Shown in pieces: positions 27,001 through 43,500 of a stretch of DNA of 64,000 bases. This DNA comes from the human T2T-CHM13v2.0 reference genome, Homo sapiens, in assembly GCA_009914755.4 (NCBI GenBank), contig CP086569.2:5664001-5728000 (forward strand), in the 5' to 3' direction. Position 1 is the first letter of the stretch, and every line of letters starts with the position of its first letter. Under the pieces are notes generated by a model. It did no database searches and was not told the DNA's origin. It saw nothing but the letters and a program-made list of their open reading frames with translations. The position numbers and the translations under genes are program-made.

Positions 27001-29750
27001 TGCATATATATTTAGGATAATTAAGTCTTCTTGTTGATTTGATCCCTGTATCATTACATTATTCCCATTTTTGTCTTTTTTGATCATTGTTGATTCAAAG
27101 TCTATATTGTCTGAAATTAGAATTGGAATCTCTGCTTTTTGTTTGTTTGTTTTCCATTGGCTTGATAGATTTTTGTCCATTTTTTTAAGTCTATGAGTGT
27201 CTTTTCATGTGAGATGAGTCACTTGAAGCATGCAGTCATGTCTTGCTTCTTTATCTAACTTGCCAGTCTGTGCCTTTTTTGTGGAGCATTTAGCCAGTTT
27301 ATGTTCAGAGTTAATATTGATATGTGTAGATTTGATCCTTTCATTGTGTTGTTAGCTAGTTGTTATGCACATTGTGTCACTGCTTTATAGTGTCAATGGT
27401 ATATGCACTTAAGTGTGTTTTTTGTGTTGGCCAGTAAAGTTTTCATTTACATGTTTAACACTCTTTATTGATCTCTTGTAAGGCAGATCTGGTGGTAATG
27501 AATTCCCTTAGCATTTATTTGTCTGAAAAGTATCTCATTTTTCATTCGCTTATGAAGCATAGTTTGGCTAGATATAAAATTCTTAGTTGGAATTTCTTTT
27601 ATTGAAGAATGTTGAATATAGGCCCTCAGTCTCGTCTGGCTCTTAGAGTTTGTGCTAAGAAAGGTATGCTGTTAGCCTGATAAGGTTCTCTTTGTAGGTG
27701 AACTGCCCCTTCTCTCTAGCTGCCTTTAATATCTTTTTGTTTATGATGACCTTATAGAATCTGATGACTATGTGTCTTGGGGATGGTCGTTTTGTATAGG
27801 ATCTCACAGGGGTTCTTTGCATATCCTGAATTTGAATGTCAACTTCTTTAGCGAGGTTGAGGAAATTTTCATGGACAATATACTCAAATATGTTCTCCAA
27901 GTTGCGTGCTCTCTCTCTTTCTTTCAGGGATTCCAATGAGTTATACGTTTGGTCCCTTTACATACTCTCATATTTCTCAAAAGTTTTGTTCTTTCTTTAC
28001 TTCTTTTTTCTTTACTTTTGTCTGACTGAGTTAACTTGAAGAACCAGTCTTCAAGCTCTCAGATTCTTTCTTCATCTTGGTCTATTATCCTGTTAATATT
28101 TTTATTGTATTTAATATTATGAAATTATTGTAGTGAGTTTTTCAGCTCTATCAGACAAGTTTGGTTTTTTCATGCAATGGATAATTTATCTTTCAGCTCT
28201 TATATCATTTTGCTGGATTCCTCAGATCCCTAGAGTTGGGTTTCAACTTTTTCCTGAATCTCAATGATCTTCATTCCTATCAAGATTTGTAATTCTACGT
28301 CTGTCCTTTCAGCCACGTTAGCACAGTTAAGAACCATGGCTGGGGAGTTAGTGTAATCATTTGGAGGTAAGAAGACATTCTGGCTTTTTGAGTTGTCAGA
28401 GTTCTTGCGCTGATTCTTTCTCATCTCTGTGGGCTAATATTCCTGTAATCTTTGAAGCTGCTGTCCCTTGGAAGACTTTTTTTTTTGTCTGCTTTTGATG
28501 CCCTTGAGGTTTTGATTGTGGTATAAACTGAGTTTAGTCAACTGGCTTTATTTCTGGAAGATTTCAGGGTGCCAAGTCTCAGTTCAGCACTCCTGGGCTG
28601 CATGCTCTAACCCTGGGGATCTAATACCAGTCCCATGGCTTTGTTCTCTGACCCCTTGTGGTTAAGCACCTACTACACTGGAGGGCCCAATGTGCTCCCG
28701 GTCCACTGATGAAAACACTCCAATGGAAGCTGATGGCCAAAGAGCTTCACTGGGGTAGTGGAAACAGGGTCCATGCTCATGTGCACATGCCAGCAGCAGT
28801 GATGCAGTGGTGTCCACACCTGCGTGTGTATCAACAGTAGTGGTACAGCAGAGTACCTGAATGTCAGTAGGGTTTGGGTGCCAGCAGCGAGGTTCATTTT
28901 CACATGAGCTTGTGGCAATGGTGTGGTGAGGTCCACATCCATGTGTGTACTGACAAAGTGTGGTGGGGACTGTGTGCAAGTGTGTGATGGCAAAGTGGTG
29001 GGGAAGAGCTATGGATGTGTGAGTACGTGTTGGTGGGGTCCCCTCTACTAAGGTTCTCTGATGATTAAGCATGGTCTGCTGGTGAAGAAGCTATTGTGGT
29101 GGCTTCCATAAAGTGCTCCAGTTGGGCATCCCAGGCTGCACTACAAGCTGGCACAGTAAGGCAAGAACTCCAGGAAAAGCTGGCATCCAGGGGTGTGCTC
29201 AGTTCAGACTGTCCCTATCCCATGAGCAAGACTGTCCTGCCCTGTCCAGATCCAACAGTCAACAAAGACCAAAGCCACCTAGAGGATCACAGCAAGCCTT
29301 AGGGGATGGGCATTCCTGGCCAAGCTCCACTGCTGCCATTCCCATGCCAAACCCTCTGGGCTGGAGTTTCATCCCTGCCACCTCTCTGAGCAAGTCTCCC
29401 TGTAAGCTCAAGTGTCTGTGGGCGTCATGCAGTCTTCTGCAGCTAGGATTCTGTCGGTTCATGATGAGAGTGGGCCACTCCTTGCTTATTTAATTTACTC
29501 CTCACCCTGGAGTTACTGGAAGCCAGGAAAAAGTCTTGGTGCTCAGCAGCCCTGTGCTTGGTTCCTAGCTTCCTATCCCTTCAGCTCAGGGTCTGCATCC
29601 TCCCCCAATCCATTCTCAATGCCTTTCTTCTGAAGATCTGCTCAGAATTTGCCAGTCTTATTGATGGTCTGGTCTCTCAGTGGGAGATGCTCTTCCTGGC
29701 TGCATCTAGTTGGTCATCTTGTCTCTCCTCCCAATAAATCTGTCAATATT
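24030..29750 (-). mobile_element. Near-full-length L1 (older primate subfamily, L1PA7+/L1PB-like), about 5.7 kb on the minus strand: 3'UTR, ORF2, ORF1, and a long 5'UTR with internal GT-rich tandem units; both ORFs broken
   Basis: Minus-strand track ORFs translate L1 ORF2 C-terminal (24174-24545), RT (25043-25360, ..[15 protein letters not shown]..), endonuclease (26626-27180, ..IIMGDFNAPL..), ORF1 C-terminal (27655-27936) and ORF1 N-terminal (28230-28424). 28440-29750 is a GC-richer 5'UTR with gtgtggtg-type internal repeats at 28640-29050. Confidence 0.85.
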
Positions 29751-29759
29751 GTCTTCTTT

Positions 29760-30650
29760 AAAATATTAACTTTCCAATTCAAGAACATGAAATATCTTTC
29801 CATTTATATGTGTTAATGTAAATATTTTTTCTGGAATATTTTGTAGAATTTAGTGCACAAGTCTTTCACTTCCTTAGTTGAGTTTATTATTTAGTAGTTC
29901 ATTTTGATGTTATTATAAGTGAAATGTTTTCACTGTTTCCTTTTTTAATTGTTCATCATTAGTTTATAAAAATGCAGCTGCCTTTTACATGTTGATTTTG
30001 TATCCTGCAACTTTGCTGAATTTGTTTATTTGTTCTAACCATTTTTTTTTTATTTTTGATGAAATATTTAGGGTTTTCTACATATAAGATTATGTCCTCT
30101 GTGGATAGATATAATTTTACTTTTCGATTTCTGACTTCAATTCCTTACTACCTTTTTTTGCCTAATTGACCTGACTAGGACTTTTAGTACTATTTTGAAT
30201 AGAAGAGATGAAAGTGAGCATCCTTGTCTCATTCTTGGTATTAGAGGAAAACATTTCACTCTTTCACAATTGAGTATGATATTGGCTCTGGGATTTCCAT
30301 ATAGGACCTTTAATATATTAAGGTGGTTTTACTTTACTCCTAGTTTGTTGAGTGGTTTTATCATGAAAGTGAGTTGAATTTTGTCAACAGATTTCATTGA
30401 ATCAAATGAGATGATAATGGGGTTTATTCCCTTCATTCTGTTTATGTGGTGTATTGCAATGATTGACTTTTGAATGTTGAATCATCCTTGCACAACTGGA
30501 ATTAATTTCACCTGATCATGATGTATACATATTTTAATGTGCTGTTGAATTCACTTTGCTTGCATTTTGTTCAAAAGTTTTGCTTCAATACTAATCAGTG
30601 ATATTGGTCTGTAGTTTGTTTTTTTCCTTGTAATGTCTTTGGCTATGGTA
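29760..30650 (-). mobile_element. Old L1 (L1M-like) ORF2 fragment, minus strand, heavily degenerate
   Basis: The reverse complement has L1 RT-region motifs, e.g. gcagctgccttttacatgttgattttgtatcctgcaactttgctgaatttgtttatt, gagcatccttgtctcattcttggtattagagg, ttgtcaacagatttcattgaatcaaatgagatgataatggggttt. Confidence 0.5.
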
Positions 30651-30654
30651 TGCT

Positions 30655-32880
<2,226 letters not shown>

Positions 32881-32894
32881 CCTTAATTTCAGAA

Positions 32895-34355
<1,461 letters not shown>

Positions 34356-34364
34356 TCACAAAAC

Positions 34365-36015
34365 ACAGAATATACATTTTTCTCACCACCACATGGCACA
34401 TACTCTAAAATTAACCAAACATTCTGACATGGAACAATCCTCAGAAAATGCAAAAGAACCAAAGTCACACCAACCACTCTCTCAAACCATGGTGTAATCA
34501 AATTGGCAATTAACATTAAGAAAATAGCTCAAAACTGTACAATTACATGGAAATTACGCAAACTGCTCCTGAATGACTTTTGGATAATTAATGAAATTAA
34601 GACAGAAATCAAGAAGTTATTTGAAGCTAATGAGAACAAGGTATAGATAACAGATTCTCTGGGACACTGCTATGGCAGTTTTAAGGGGGAAATTTATAGC
34701 ACTGAGCGCCCACATCAAAATTTAAAAAAATATATCAAATTAACCACCTAACATCCCAACTAAAAGAAGTAGAGAAGCAAGAGCAAACTAACCCCAAATC
34801 TAACAGAAGACAAGCAATAACCAAAATTAGAGCTCAACTGGAGGAGACTGAGACACAAAATACATTCAAAGATCAACAAATCCAGGATTTGGCTTTTTGA
34901 AAAAATTAATAAGATAGATAGACTGCTAGCTCTACTGAGAAAGGAGAAGAGAGAGAGGATCCCAATAAACACAATTAGAAATGACAAAGGGAATATTACC
35001 ACTGACCTCACAGAGACACACATAAATATCAGAAACTGCTATGAACACCTCTATTCACACAAAGTAGAAAATCTAGAAGAAATGGATATATTCCTTGAAA
35101 TATACATCCTTCCAAGACTGAACCAGAAAGAAATTGATTCTCTGAACAGACCAAGAAGAAGCTCTAAAATTGAATCAGTAATAAATAGCCTACCAACCAA
35201 AAAAAAAAAAAAAAAAGCCCAGGACCAGATAGATTCACAGCTGAATTCTACCAGACATAGAAAGAAAAGCTAGTATTATTCCTACTGAAACTATTCCAAA
35301 AAAACTGAGAAGGAGAGACTCCTCTCCAATTTCTTCTACGAGGCCAGCATCATCCTGATACCAAAATCTGGCAGAAACACAACAACAAAAGAAAAATTCA
35401 GGCCAATATCCTTGATGAACATTGACATGAAAATCTTTAACAAAATACTAGCAAAGGGAATTCAGCAGCAAATTAAAAAGCTAATCCACCATAATCAAGT
35501 AGGCTTTATCCTTGGAATGCAAGGCTCATTCAATATACACAAATCAGTAAATGTGACTCATCACATAAACAGAACTGAAGACAAAGACCACATGTTCAGG
35601 CCAGCCATGGTGGTTCATGCCTGTAATCTGTAATCCCAGTACTTTGGGAGGCCAAGGTGGGCATATAGCTTGAGCTCAGGAATTAGAGACCACCCTGCGC
35701 AACATGACAAATCTCTGTCTCTGCAAAAAATGCAAAAATTAGCTGGGTGTGGTGGTGTGAGCCTGTCATCCCAGCTACTCCAGAGGCTGAGGTGGGAGGA
35801 TCACTTGAGCCCAGGAGGTTGAGGCTACAGTGATCTGAGACTGTGCCATAGCACTCCGGCCTGGGTGACAGAGTAAGACCCTGTCTCGAAAAAGCCCACC
35901 AAAACCCATAAAACAAAATGCACAAAACTTAAAATAAGAGCAACAAAAAGATCATCTCAGTAGATGCAGAAAAAGCTTTCGGTAAAATTTAACATCCCTT
36001 CATGTTAAAAAGGGA
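34365..36015 (+). mobile_element. Older L1 (L1M/L1PB-like) ORF2 fragment (roughly L1 positions 2650-4000) with a nested Alu
   Basis: actgctcctgaatgacttttggataattaatgaaattaagacagaaatcaagaagttatttgaagctaatgagaacaag, ..gaggccagcatcatcctgataccaaaatctggcagaaacacaac.., resumes after the Alu with atctcagtagatgcagaaaaagctttcggtaaaatttaacatcccttcatg. Confidence 0.8.
35606..35895 (+). mobile_element. Alu SINE (AluJ/S-like) nested inside the L1
   Basis: ggccagccatggtggttcatgcctgtaatc..cccagtactttgggaggccaaggtgggcatatagcttgagctcaggaattagagaccaccctgcgcaacatgacaaatctctgtctctgcaaaaaatgcaaaaattagctgggtgtggtggtgtgagcctgtcatcccagctactc...gagtaagaccctgtctcgaaaaag. Confidence 0.9.
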
Positions 36016-38039
36016 ACCAAGTATTCTAACTCATTCTAGTGATCTTCCCAGCTGACTCAGCATTATGTTTAAATATTTTGTAGTATTTTATCTTCTGGGA
36101 ATCCAGGGACATTTCAAACACTCAGCTGATGTGCAATTTCAATGTTAACCTTGAGGACTAAAAAATGGGATAAGAAAGCAAATTGATTCAATCAAAAGAG
36201 GTTATTTTTGTGCAGGAAAATGGTTAACAGAGAGAGGTCATTGCTGCTATGGATTTGACTTTGGTTGTCTTCACTTTGATCCATGTCTGTCTATATCAGC
36301 CCTCTCTGCAATTTATTTTCTATATAGGTAGATTATGTACTACCTTTTCTTGCCATTCCTGAAAAAAAATCCTATAGGAGTTGAAGAATATTTCCACTAG
36401 TGCTTTGGATTCTAATATCTCATGCCACTGGTTTCCACTAATCGTGATCCAGACCCAGTGCTACATTTCTCAAGTAATACAAGAGGGGTTCAGAGAACCC
36501 ATAGACTAGAAGAAAATGGCTACAAAGTGACATAAAGCTATGGTAACATTAAGGTTTGCCTATGGAGTTAATTCAGGAAAGATGAAATGAAGGTCAGTAT
36601 TCTTACACTTATCATAAAGAAATAAGCTAAACAGAATATTTTTAAAGCCACAAAACCTGGTGAAGGGCAAAGAATATTGGGCTTGACATACAATTATAAA
36701 TGATTCATTTTGACTTTTTATAGTTTAATCCTGTATAAAAGTTTATTTTAACAGATCAAACAGCCTATTTAAAATGTTGTCAATGTGTCAACATGAAAAT
36801 GTGTCTCTATTTCTTCTTCATCTATAAAATGGAAAAGACAGTACGAGACCTTTCTATCTTATCTTACAAGACTGTGAAGAGAAGTAATTAAGCAAACAAA
36901 ATATAAATATGCTGAGTTTTAATGCTTCAAATCAGCCGCACACTGCTATGTCGGTTAAAATGATTTTAAGAATGTGAGTTCAATGCATATATTTGTATAG
37001 GGAATATCTGAGTAATGACAATGGTAATCTCAGAGTCATTTGATTTTTGGTAATTTTAAAGTTTCTTACTTGTATTTCTATTTTTCTATAAAAAATAATT
37101 TTTTTCAAAAATAAAGGGGGTAATTAACGATTAAATTACTGCACTTGAGTTAATTTTTTATAAAAATGTTGATCATGTTTCTTATTTAAAATGATATTTG
37201 AAAATAGTTCACAAATTTAAAAATCATGAAAACATTGATTGTAACAGAATAATTATATAGCAGGTGATATATTTGGGAAAATATTTAGAATGATAACTTT
37301 ATTTAAATGAACTAATTTTATACATAACCAAAGGTCACACAAGAGTAACAAGATGTTACTGAACTTCATGCTAAGCCTAAATAGTTTACATAATTGGAAA
37401 ATAATTAAGTGTGATATACAGAGGCCATGAGGTATGATTTCATATATTATATTCAGCTCCTATATTGTAGGTCTTTGTTTACAACCATATTTATGTTTAC
37501 ATTTATGACTTTCACATTAAAATTGTATTTATAAATTTAAATACATTCTTCAGATAATAGGAATGTTTCACTCAATTTGAGTTTTAAACCCACCGCAAGC
37601 TTACTGAGAAGATCTTTACAGACCACTAGAATGTCACTATGGATCTTGATAAACAGATAACTGACAAGTTGCTAACTTTTTCTTCATTTTAGGCATGGCC
37701 TTTGCATAATGCAGGAGTAGCAACAGTAAATACAACTCAGTGAATATTGTATTTGTTTAGATTACTTAGCTAAATATATACACTTATATTTTTATTATGT
37801 ATATTATATATATTGTACATATATTTTCATAGTTTATGCCGAGATATATTTCCCTTTTCTCCTGGTTACTGGTGGCCTTAGATACACTAAGTAGAAGAAA
37901 GCTGATCAAACTCTATAGAACAAAATGAAGGTCTCCAGGGGTTTACTCAAGTAAAATCTAAATTAAGAATGATGCAGGGTATTGTACTACTTCTTTATAG
38001 ATACATGCAACCTAAAATAGTCATTTCAAAACTCATGAC

Positions 38040-38275
38040 TTAGGTGGTAATTTTGATTTCATTGATGGTATATTAGATTCAGCAAGTTATGTGTCTAATT
38101 TAGAGGGTTAGATTTTTGGTTCAAGAGGTGAAGTATCAGATTTATGCAGGAGACTTAATTCAGCAGATGATATACCTTACTCAGTGCATGATGAATCTGA
38201 TATAGAAGGTGATATATTTAATTCAATAGCTAATATATCAGAATCAAATGTGATTCATTTTTTCCAGTGAGTAAT
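38040..38275. repeat. Degenerate periodic repeat, about 8-9 irregular units of 18-30 bp rich in GAT/ATT/TCAG motifs
   Basis: ggtatattagattcagcaagttatg / tgtctaatttagagggttagattttt / ggttcaagaggtgaagtatcagattta / tgcaggagacttaattcagcagatga / tataccttactcagtgcatga / tgaatctgatatagaag / gtgatatatttaattcaatagc / taatatatcagaatcaaatg. Confidence 0.35.
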
Positions 38276-41200
38276 TAATATTACTCATAACTGATTTATC
38301 TATTTTAGCATGAAGTGTGTTCTGTAAGTTATTTATTTAGGTATACAAGATATAAATTATATTACTAATATAGATTTTCATTGCAAAGTAGTTCAGAAAT
38401 TCCTGATTACCACCTTCTTGTTACTCCATTTCATACATTTTTAAATGATGTTTTCAGAGACTACCTACTTCAGAAGAATCAGAAATGCTTATTAAACTTG
38501 TAGCTTCTTTAAATCCACCACAGACCTAATAAGGAACAGGGCTAACTGAATATTTAACAAGGGCCCATGGTAATTTTTTTTTCTTCTTACCCTCTCCCTT
38601 CCATTTTAAAGATTCATGGTAATTTTTATGCACAGTGGAATTGTATGCTTTATGAAATTTGAAAACTCTGACATGTTAGAAATAGGATGCATCAAATACA
38701 GAAAAATATGATGTTCTTCTGAACACAAAAAGCAAATTTATGATACATCTTAAACTTGATGTTTCCTTTGTTGTAATTATCACAACACTTCATCTTTTGT
38801 AAATATTGCCTCTAATACAAGATGTAAAAATTGATTAGTGTCTGCCCTTAAGTAATAAAGTAAACTTGTCACCTCTCCCTGTGGCCTGAACAAAATATTG
38901 GATATACTCACAGTTTGACAAGCAAAGCTTGCATTTCAGAGCATAGAAGAAAATAGTCACTTTTTTTAACATGGATAGTTGTGGTTTCAGACAACCCTAT
39001 GTGTACATTTATGGTAATCATGAGTGTTCTTCACTATTTCATACTTTTTTACTTCCAGGGTTGTGTTAGAAATACATTTTCTCAAATATTTTTAAGTTAT
39101 GTAGAGCCATGTGACTTGGCTTGGGCAATGAACTATGAGCAGAACTGATGTATATCAGTGATAGGTAGAAGCTTTAACAGCCAGTATGTGTATGTTTCCC
39201 ATCCTTTCCCCTTCCTAATGAAGGTATTTATTTGGATTATTTTGTCTCTTTGAACACTGTATAATGTATATGTGTGGGAGGTAGATCATTTTTCTTTATA
39301 TTCCATAGGTCTTCAGATAAGGAGGAGTCATATCTGGATCTGATATCGGGAATCCTGTGCCTGACTCAGAGATCTTGGATTTTGAGCTCCACACAGTCAC
39401 CAGATGAGATTTCTGTGTTGCTCTCCCTGGGCAAGAAGTGATAATATTCTGTGTGAATAAAGGGAGTGAACTGAATTTTCTGTGACCAAAAGGGCAGACT
39501 GTGGTAGTCATTATTGTTATTCACCATTTACCTTTGGCTCTCCTCATTAGGTTCAGTCACACAATGAGATTGTACTTCCCCAACCCCGCAAAGTTCATCA
39601 TGGCCACTAGACTGGCTGTAACCAATGAAATGTGAGGAGACATGCTGCATTTTATCTCTTAGTGAAATCTTTGGGAGGTAGTGTGTTTTTCCATGTTCTC
39701 TTTACCTTCATCTCAATTGCTTGCAGCATCCTGAATGGTAGCTCCTCTTTTAAGCCTTGGTCTCAGGGTAGACAAAATGTAACACAGCTCCTAGCCAACC
39801 TGTGAAACACATGTACTATGAGGAAGAAATAAACCTTTATTGCTTTAAGTAAATGAGGTCTTAAGATTGCTTGGTATTGGAACAAAAATCAGTCATTCCT
39901 GATCAGCACACAGCATAAAAAAAAATCTTCTAAAAATGTTGCATAATGGTTTAATGTTTTGCTACAGATATATTTATACATAGCCCACTTTTGATCAGTT
40001 GAGTGACCTCATGATAAATATATTTGGGCATTTAATTCAATTTCTCTCTATACTGCCCATTTATTAGGTATATCACTTATTAGCATTTTCATGAAAGTTG
40101 GGAAGAAGAAATGGTGTTTGAATTAGTTACTTTCTCTATATGTTGGCAGCTTCTCTAAAATGTCTTCAGGGAAAGATTTTAAATTTTGGCTGTAGTAAAA
40201 ATATAAAAGGTCTAGAAATTTCTATTACCCATGCTATTTCTTAGAAAAACAGAAGTTTACAATTAGGTTTTTTTGTGTTCTTATTAGGGAGATGTTGCTA
40301 GCCCTGGGACTGTAGTCGTATCTCCACTTTATTTACTATTATAACCTAATGAGATGTTAGCATCGTTATAAATTATTCTTTATAGTTAATTGTATGAGAT
40401 TATATTAATTTCCATCAGCTACTGTTCCACTTAATAGAGGATATGCAGCTACGGGTAGCAAAAGTTACCTAAATAAAGGGCCAGGAAAGTATAGCCATAG
40501 GATAAATCTGGCCTTCTACTTATTTTTCTGCAGTGTTCAATCTAAGAATGATTGTTAAATCTTTAAGTGGTTGAAGAAAAAGCTCTTAAAGAATTTTTTG
40601 ACACATTAAAATTAGATGAAATTCAAATTTTATGTCAATAAATTAATTTTATTAGAACATATCCATGCCCATTCATTTATATATTGTATCTGGTTACTTT
40701 CACACTACAATGACAGAGATGAATAATAGTTTGCAACACAGACAGGGTGGTCTATAAAACTTAAAACAGTTACTATCATCCCCTTTACAGAAAATGTTTG
40801 CCAACTCCTGCTCTAAATGATGAATGTTTTCACTGTTCGTAATCAAATAAACTGAATATTTTGTGATGACATTTTATTTTTAAAGCTAGAAATTGATTGC
40901 TGATACCTGTTTTTTGTAATAATTGGGATTTAAAATTAATCTCGTATCACCATTTAATTTTGATTCCTTAAATATAACAAACAATCAGCAACAGTGGATT
41001 TTAGAGGAATCATAATAAAATTGTCTTTGATATTACTGTATTTCCAGCACAATGTTTTAATATTAAGAAGGAAATCCTCAGAGAGCCTAGAAGTCTTTAA
41101 TTTTGCTTGTGCAAATATTTGAAATTTATGTTTTCTTTTGCCTATTTTGAAATTATAATTGAATTAAATTATCTTGTACAACTCAATGTGAATATATTGC

Positions 41201-41539
41201 AATAATAGCATTTTTATTTTTTTAAAAGATTGAACATATTGTGTAAGGCCTTGATTTGCCTACATGCAAGAAAAAAAGTTAGTAGTAATATATTTGAAGT
41301 TAAGAACAGCAAAAATAGATAATTCTAATGCTAAATAGCCTCTATTCTGTTTGAAAATTGGTTTAAATTTCTTACTTGAAAAGTATGTGGAAAAAGCAAA
41401 TGATTTAATTATTGTATATGGCATAAGACAAGGGTTCACTTTTATCTTTTTGCATGTGGATATCAAGATTTTCCAACAGCATTTATTGAAGAAAATTTCC
41501 CTTCCTCACGTGTATCCTTGACACCTTTGTGAAAGATTA

Positions 41540-42160
41540 GTTAAACATGCCTTTTTGGATTTAATTCTGGGCTCTCTATTCTGTTCCATTGGTCTATGTG
41601 TCTGTGTTTATACCTGTACCATACTCCTTGATTACTTTGTAATATAGTTTGAAAAAATGAAGTGTGATGCCTCCATCTGTGTTTTTCCTTCTCGAATTTG
41701 CTTTGGCTATTCAGGTTCTGTTGTGGTTCCATACAAGATTTAAAATTGTTTTTCTACTTCTGCAAAAAATAGACATTGAACTTTTGATAAGGATTGTATT
41801 GAATCTGTAGATCACTTTAAGTAGTATAGACTTTTCAACAATATTAATTCTTCTAATTCATGAATGCAGACTATCTTTCCATTTATTCATGCCTTCTTCC
41901 ATTTCTTTTATCAATGCTTTATAGTTTTCAATGTACAGATCTTTCACCTCTTTAGCGATGCTGTTATAAATGGGATTTTTTTTTGGTTTTTAATTTCAGA
42001 CAGTTTCTTTTTAGTGTATAGACACATAACAAATATTTGTGTGTTAGTTTTGTATTTTTCACCTTTACTGAATTCACTTATTAATTCTGACAGTTCTGTG
42101 GTGGAGTATGTAGGGTTTTTTATATAGAACATCATTCATCTGCAAACAGAAGTTAATTAC
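41540..42160 (-). mobile_element. Old L1 (L1M-like) ORF2 3'-region fragment, minus strand
   Basis: The reverse complement carries L1 ORF2 C-terminal motifs: ctattctgttccattggtctatgtgtctgtgtttatacctgtaccatactccttgattactttg, gttctgttgtggttccatacaagatttaaaattgtttttc, gattgtattgaatctgtagatcactttaagtagtatagac. Confidence 0.55.
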
Positions 42161-42179
42161 TTATTTTCCCAATTGGGTG

Positions 42180-43500
42180 ATTTTTTTACACCATATACAA
42201 AATTTAACTAGAAATTGATTAAAGGCTTAAATGTAATGTCAGTAACTGTAAAACTCCTAGAAGAAAGCATAGAGAAAAAGTTCCTTGACATTTTTCTCAG
42301 CAATGGATTTCTTTAAAATGACACCAGAAGCACAGGAAGCAAAAGCAAAAATAAGCAAGTAGTCCTACAATAAACTAAAAAGCTTCTACACAGCAAAGGA
42401 AACAGTCAGCAAAATGAAAAGGAAACCTACAGAATGAGAGAAAACTTTTGCAAATCGTATATCTGATAAGCATTTAATATCCAAAGTACATAAATAACTC
42501 AAGTAACTCAATAGCAAAAAAAACAAAAAAATCAAATAACCTTATTGAGAAGACATACAAATGACAACAGGTAAATGAAAATGTGTCCACTATCACTAAT
42601 TATCAGGGAAATTCAAATAAAAACCACAGAGATATCACAACATTCCTGTTAGAATGACTATTATCAAAAAGACAAGAGATGATGTGTTGATGAGGGTGTG
42701 AAAAAAGGGAACACTTGTACACTGTAGGTGGGAATGTAAATTAGTACAGTCATTGAAAACAGTGTGGAAGTTTCTCAAAAATGAGAAATAAAGCTACCAT
42801 TCTATACAGCAATCCCACTTATTGGTATGTACCCAAAGGAAATGCATTCATTGCGGCACTATTTGCAATAACGAAGATACAGAAACAACCTGTTTCCATC
42901 AACAAATAAATGAATAAATAAATCAGGGTATATATATGTGTGTGTGTGTGTATATATATATATAAAATATATATACACATATGTATATGTGTATATATGT
43001 AATATATACATATGTATATGTGTATATGTAATATATACATATATGTATATGTGTGTATATATTACATATGTGTATGTGTATATATGTTACATATGTGTAT
43101 ATATGTATATAAATGTCTGTATATATATATACAAACATATTTACATGTATATATACACACAATAAAATAATATTCAGTGATAAAATAAAGGAAATCCTGC
43201 CATTTGCAGCAACATGGATAGAACTAGGGGTGATTCTATTAAGTGGAAGTGAAATAAGCCAAGCACAGAAAGCAAATATTTCATGTTATCACTCATGTGG
43301 GATCTAAAAACCTGTATCTCATGAAGATAAAGTAGATTGGTGGTTACTAGAGGTTGGAAGGGAAAAGGTGAGGGATGAATGAAGGGAAACAGAAGAACAT
43401 AAATGTATTTATCACCACTGAACTTTACACTTAAAATTGGTAAACATTGCAAATTATCTGTATATATATGTACCTCAACAAACAATAAATTTTAAAAAAT
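42180..43500 (+). mobile_element. L1 (L1M/L1MA-like) ORF2 C-terminal part plus 3'UTR, copy 1, ending in an A-rich tail; contains a later microsatellite expansion
   Basis: aaacctacagaatgagagaaaacttttgcaaatcgtatatctgataag, atcagggaaattcaaataaaaaccacagagatatcacaacattcctgttagaatgactattatcaaaaagacaag, gtgggaatgtaaattagtacagtcattg, ggaaatcctgccatttgcagcaacatggatagaactaggggtgattctattaagtggaagtgaaataagccaagcacagaaagcaaatatttcatgttatcactcatgtgggatctaaaaa..., ends acaaacaataaattttaaaaaatt. Confidence 0.7.
42925..43150. repeat. Complex (TG)n/(TA)n/(TATGTA)n microsatellite block
   Basis: tatatatgtgtgtgtgtgtgtatatatatatataaaatatatatacacatatgtatatgtgtatatatgtaatatatacatatgtatatgtgtatatg... The artefactual Y/I/C-rich ORFs on both strands (42819-43165) reflect it. 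Confidence 0.95.

Noticed and set aside
28662-29493. Overlapping 106-136-aa ORFs on both strands rich in H/T/V/C
   Set aside because: They lie in the GT/GTG-repetitive, GC-richer 5'UTR of the minus-strand L1. Low-complexity repeats keep frames open on both strands, and there is no start or splice context.
42819-43165. Y/I/C/V-rich ORFs on both strands and strong tandem periodicity that could be mistaken for a CRISPR-like array
   Set aside because: It is a compound TA/TG microsatellite with no unique spacers between constant repeats. The context is eukaryotic.
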